Source of the DNA: Candidatus Poribacteria bacterium | Lineage (GTDB): Bacteria; Poribacteria; WGA-4E; PCPOR2b | Direction: 5' to 3' | Length of the DNA stretch: 64,000 nucleotides | NCBI GenBank assembly: GCA_965218095.1 | Contig: OZ244587.1 | Location: forward strand, 4,480,001 to 4,544,000 | Shown: positions 63,896 through 64,000 of the stretch, piece after piece | Layout: each line of letters starts with the position of its first letter | Numbering within the stretch: the stretch's first letter is position 1 | The notes under the pieces: generated by a model | What the model saw: only the letters and a program-made list of their open reading frames with translations | What the model was told of the DNA's origin: nothing | Databases searched by the model: none | Made by a program: the position numbers and the translations under genes

Positions 63896-64000
63896 ATGTC
63901 TGATGAAACGAACCCAAATCAATTGCCAACGACCGAAGATAAAGTAGGCACTCTGCTTGACATTGCCACCGATCTTATATCGACGCTAACTCTTCCAGCT
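63896..64000 (+). CDS. Hypothetical protein, 3'-truncated by window edge
   Basis: Open frame MSDETNPNQLPTTEDKVG... runs off the end. Confidence 0.35.
   Translation, partial: MSDETNPNQLPTTEDKVGTLLDIATDLISTLTLPA

Noticed and set aside
1-64000. CRISPR array, tRNA or rRNA genes
   Set aside because: No regularly spaced repeats with unique spacers, cloverleaf or rRNA sequence recognised by eye

Overview
A 64-kb bacterial chromosomal window. Gene content (DUF1501 and DUF1549/DUF1553 pair, many Gfo/Idh/MocA oxidoreductases, inositol catabolism) suggests a PVC- or Poribacteria-like organism, but this is inference only. Housekeeping genes are prfA-prmC-TrmH, tenA, hflK-hflC, lipA, a ferredoxin, an intein-containing rtcB and an FMN-riboswitch-led ribD-ribE-ribBA-ribH operon. 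They are interspersed with many IS elements (three IS5 copies, two IS701, IS3, IS4-like, two related DDE elements, an IS630 relic), MITEs, REP-like palindromes, two restriction-modification loci and many pseudogenes. The most notable observations are: (1) a cold-shock domain fused to two Hfq/Sm-like domains; (2) an RT-less group II intron relic whose interior carries small ORFs; (3) a two-copy covarying non-coding RNA motif, one copy inside a promoter-driven ORF-less transcript; (4) an IS5 variant whose -1 frameshift is hard-wired by a 16-nt duplication; (5) a 4.5-kb R-M cassette bounded by 121-bp direct repeats. All calls are from manual reading; no searches were run.
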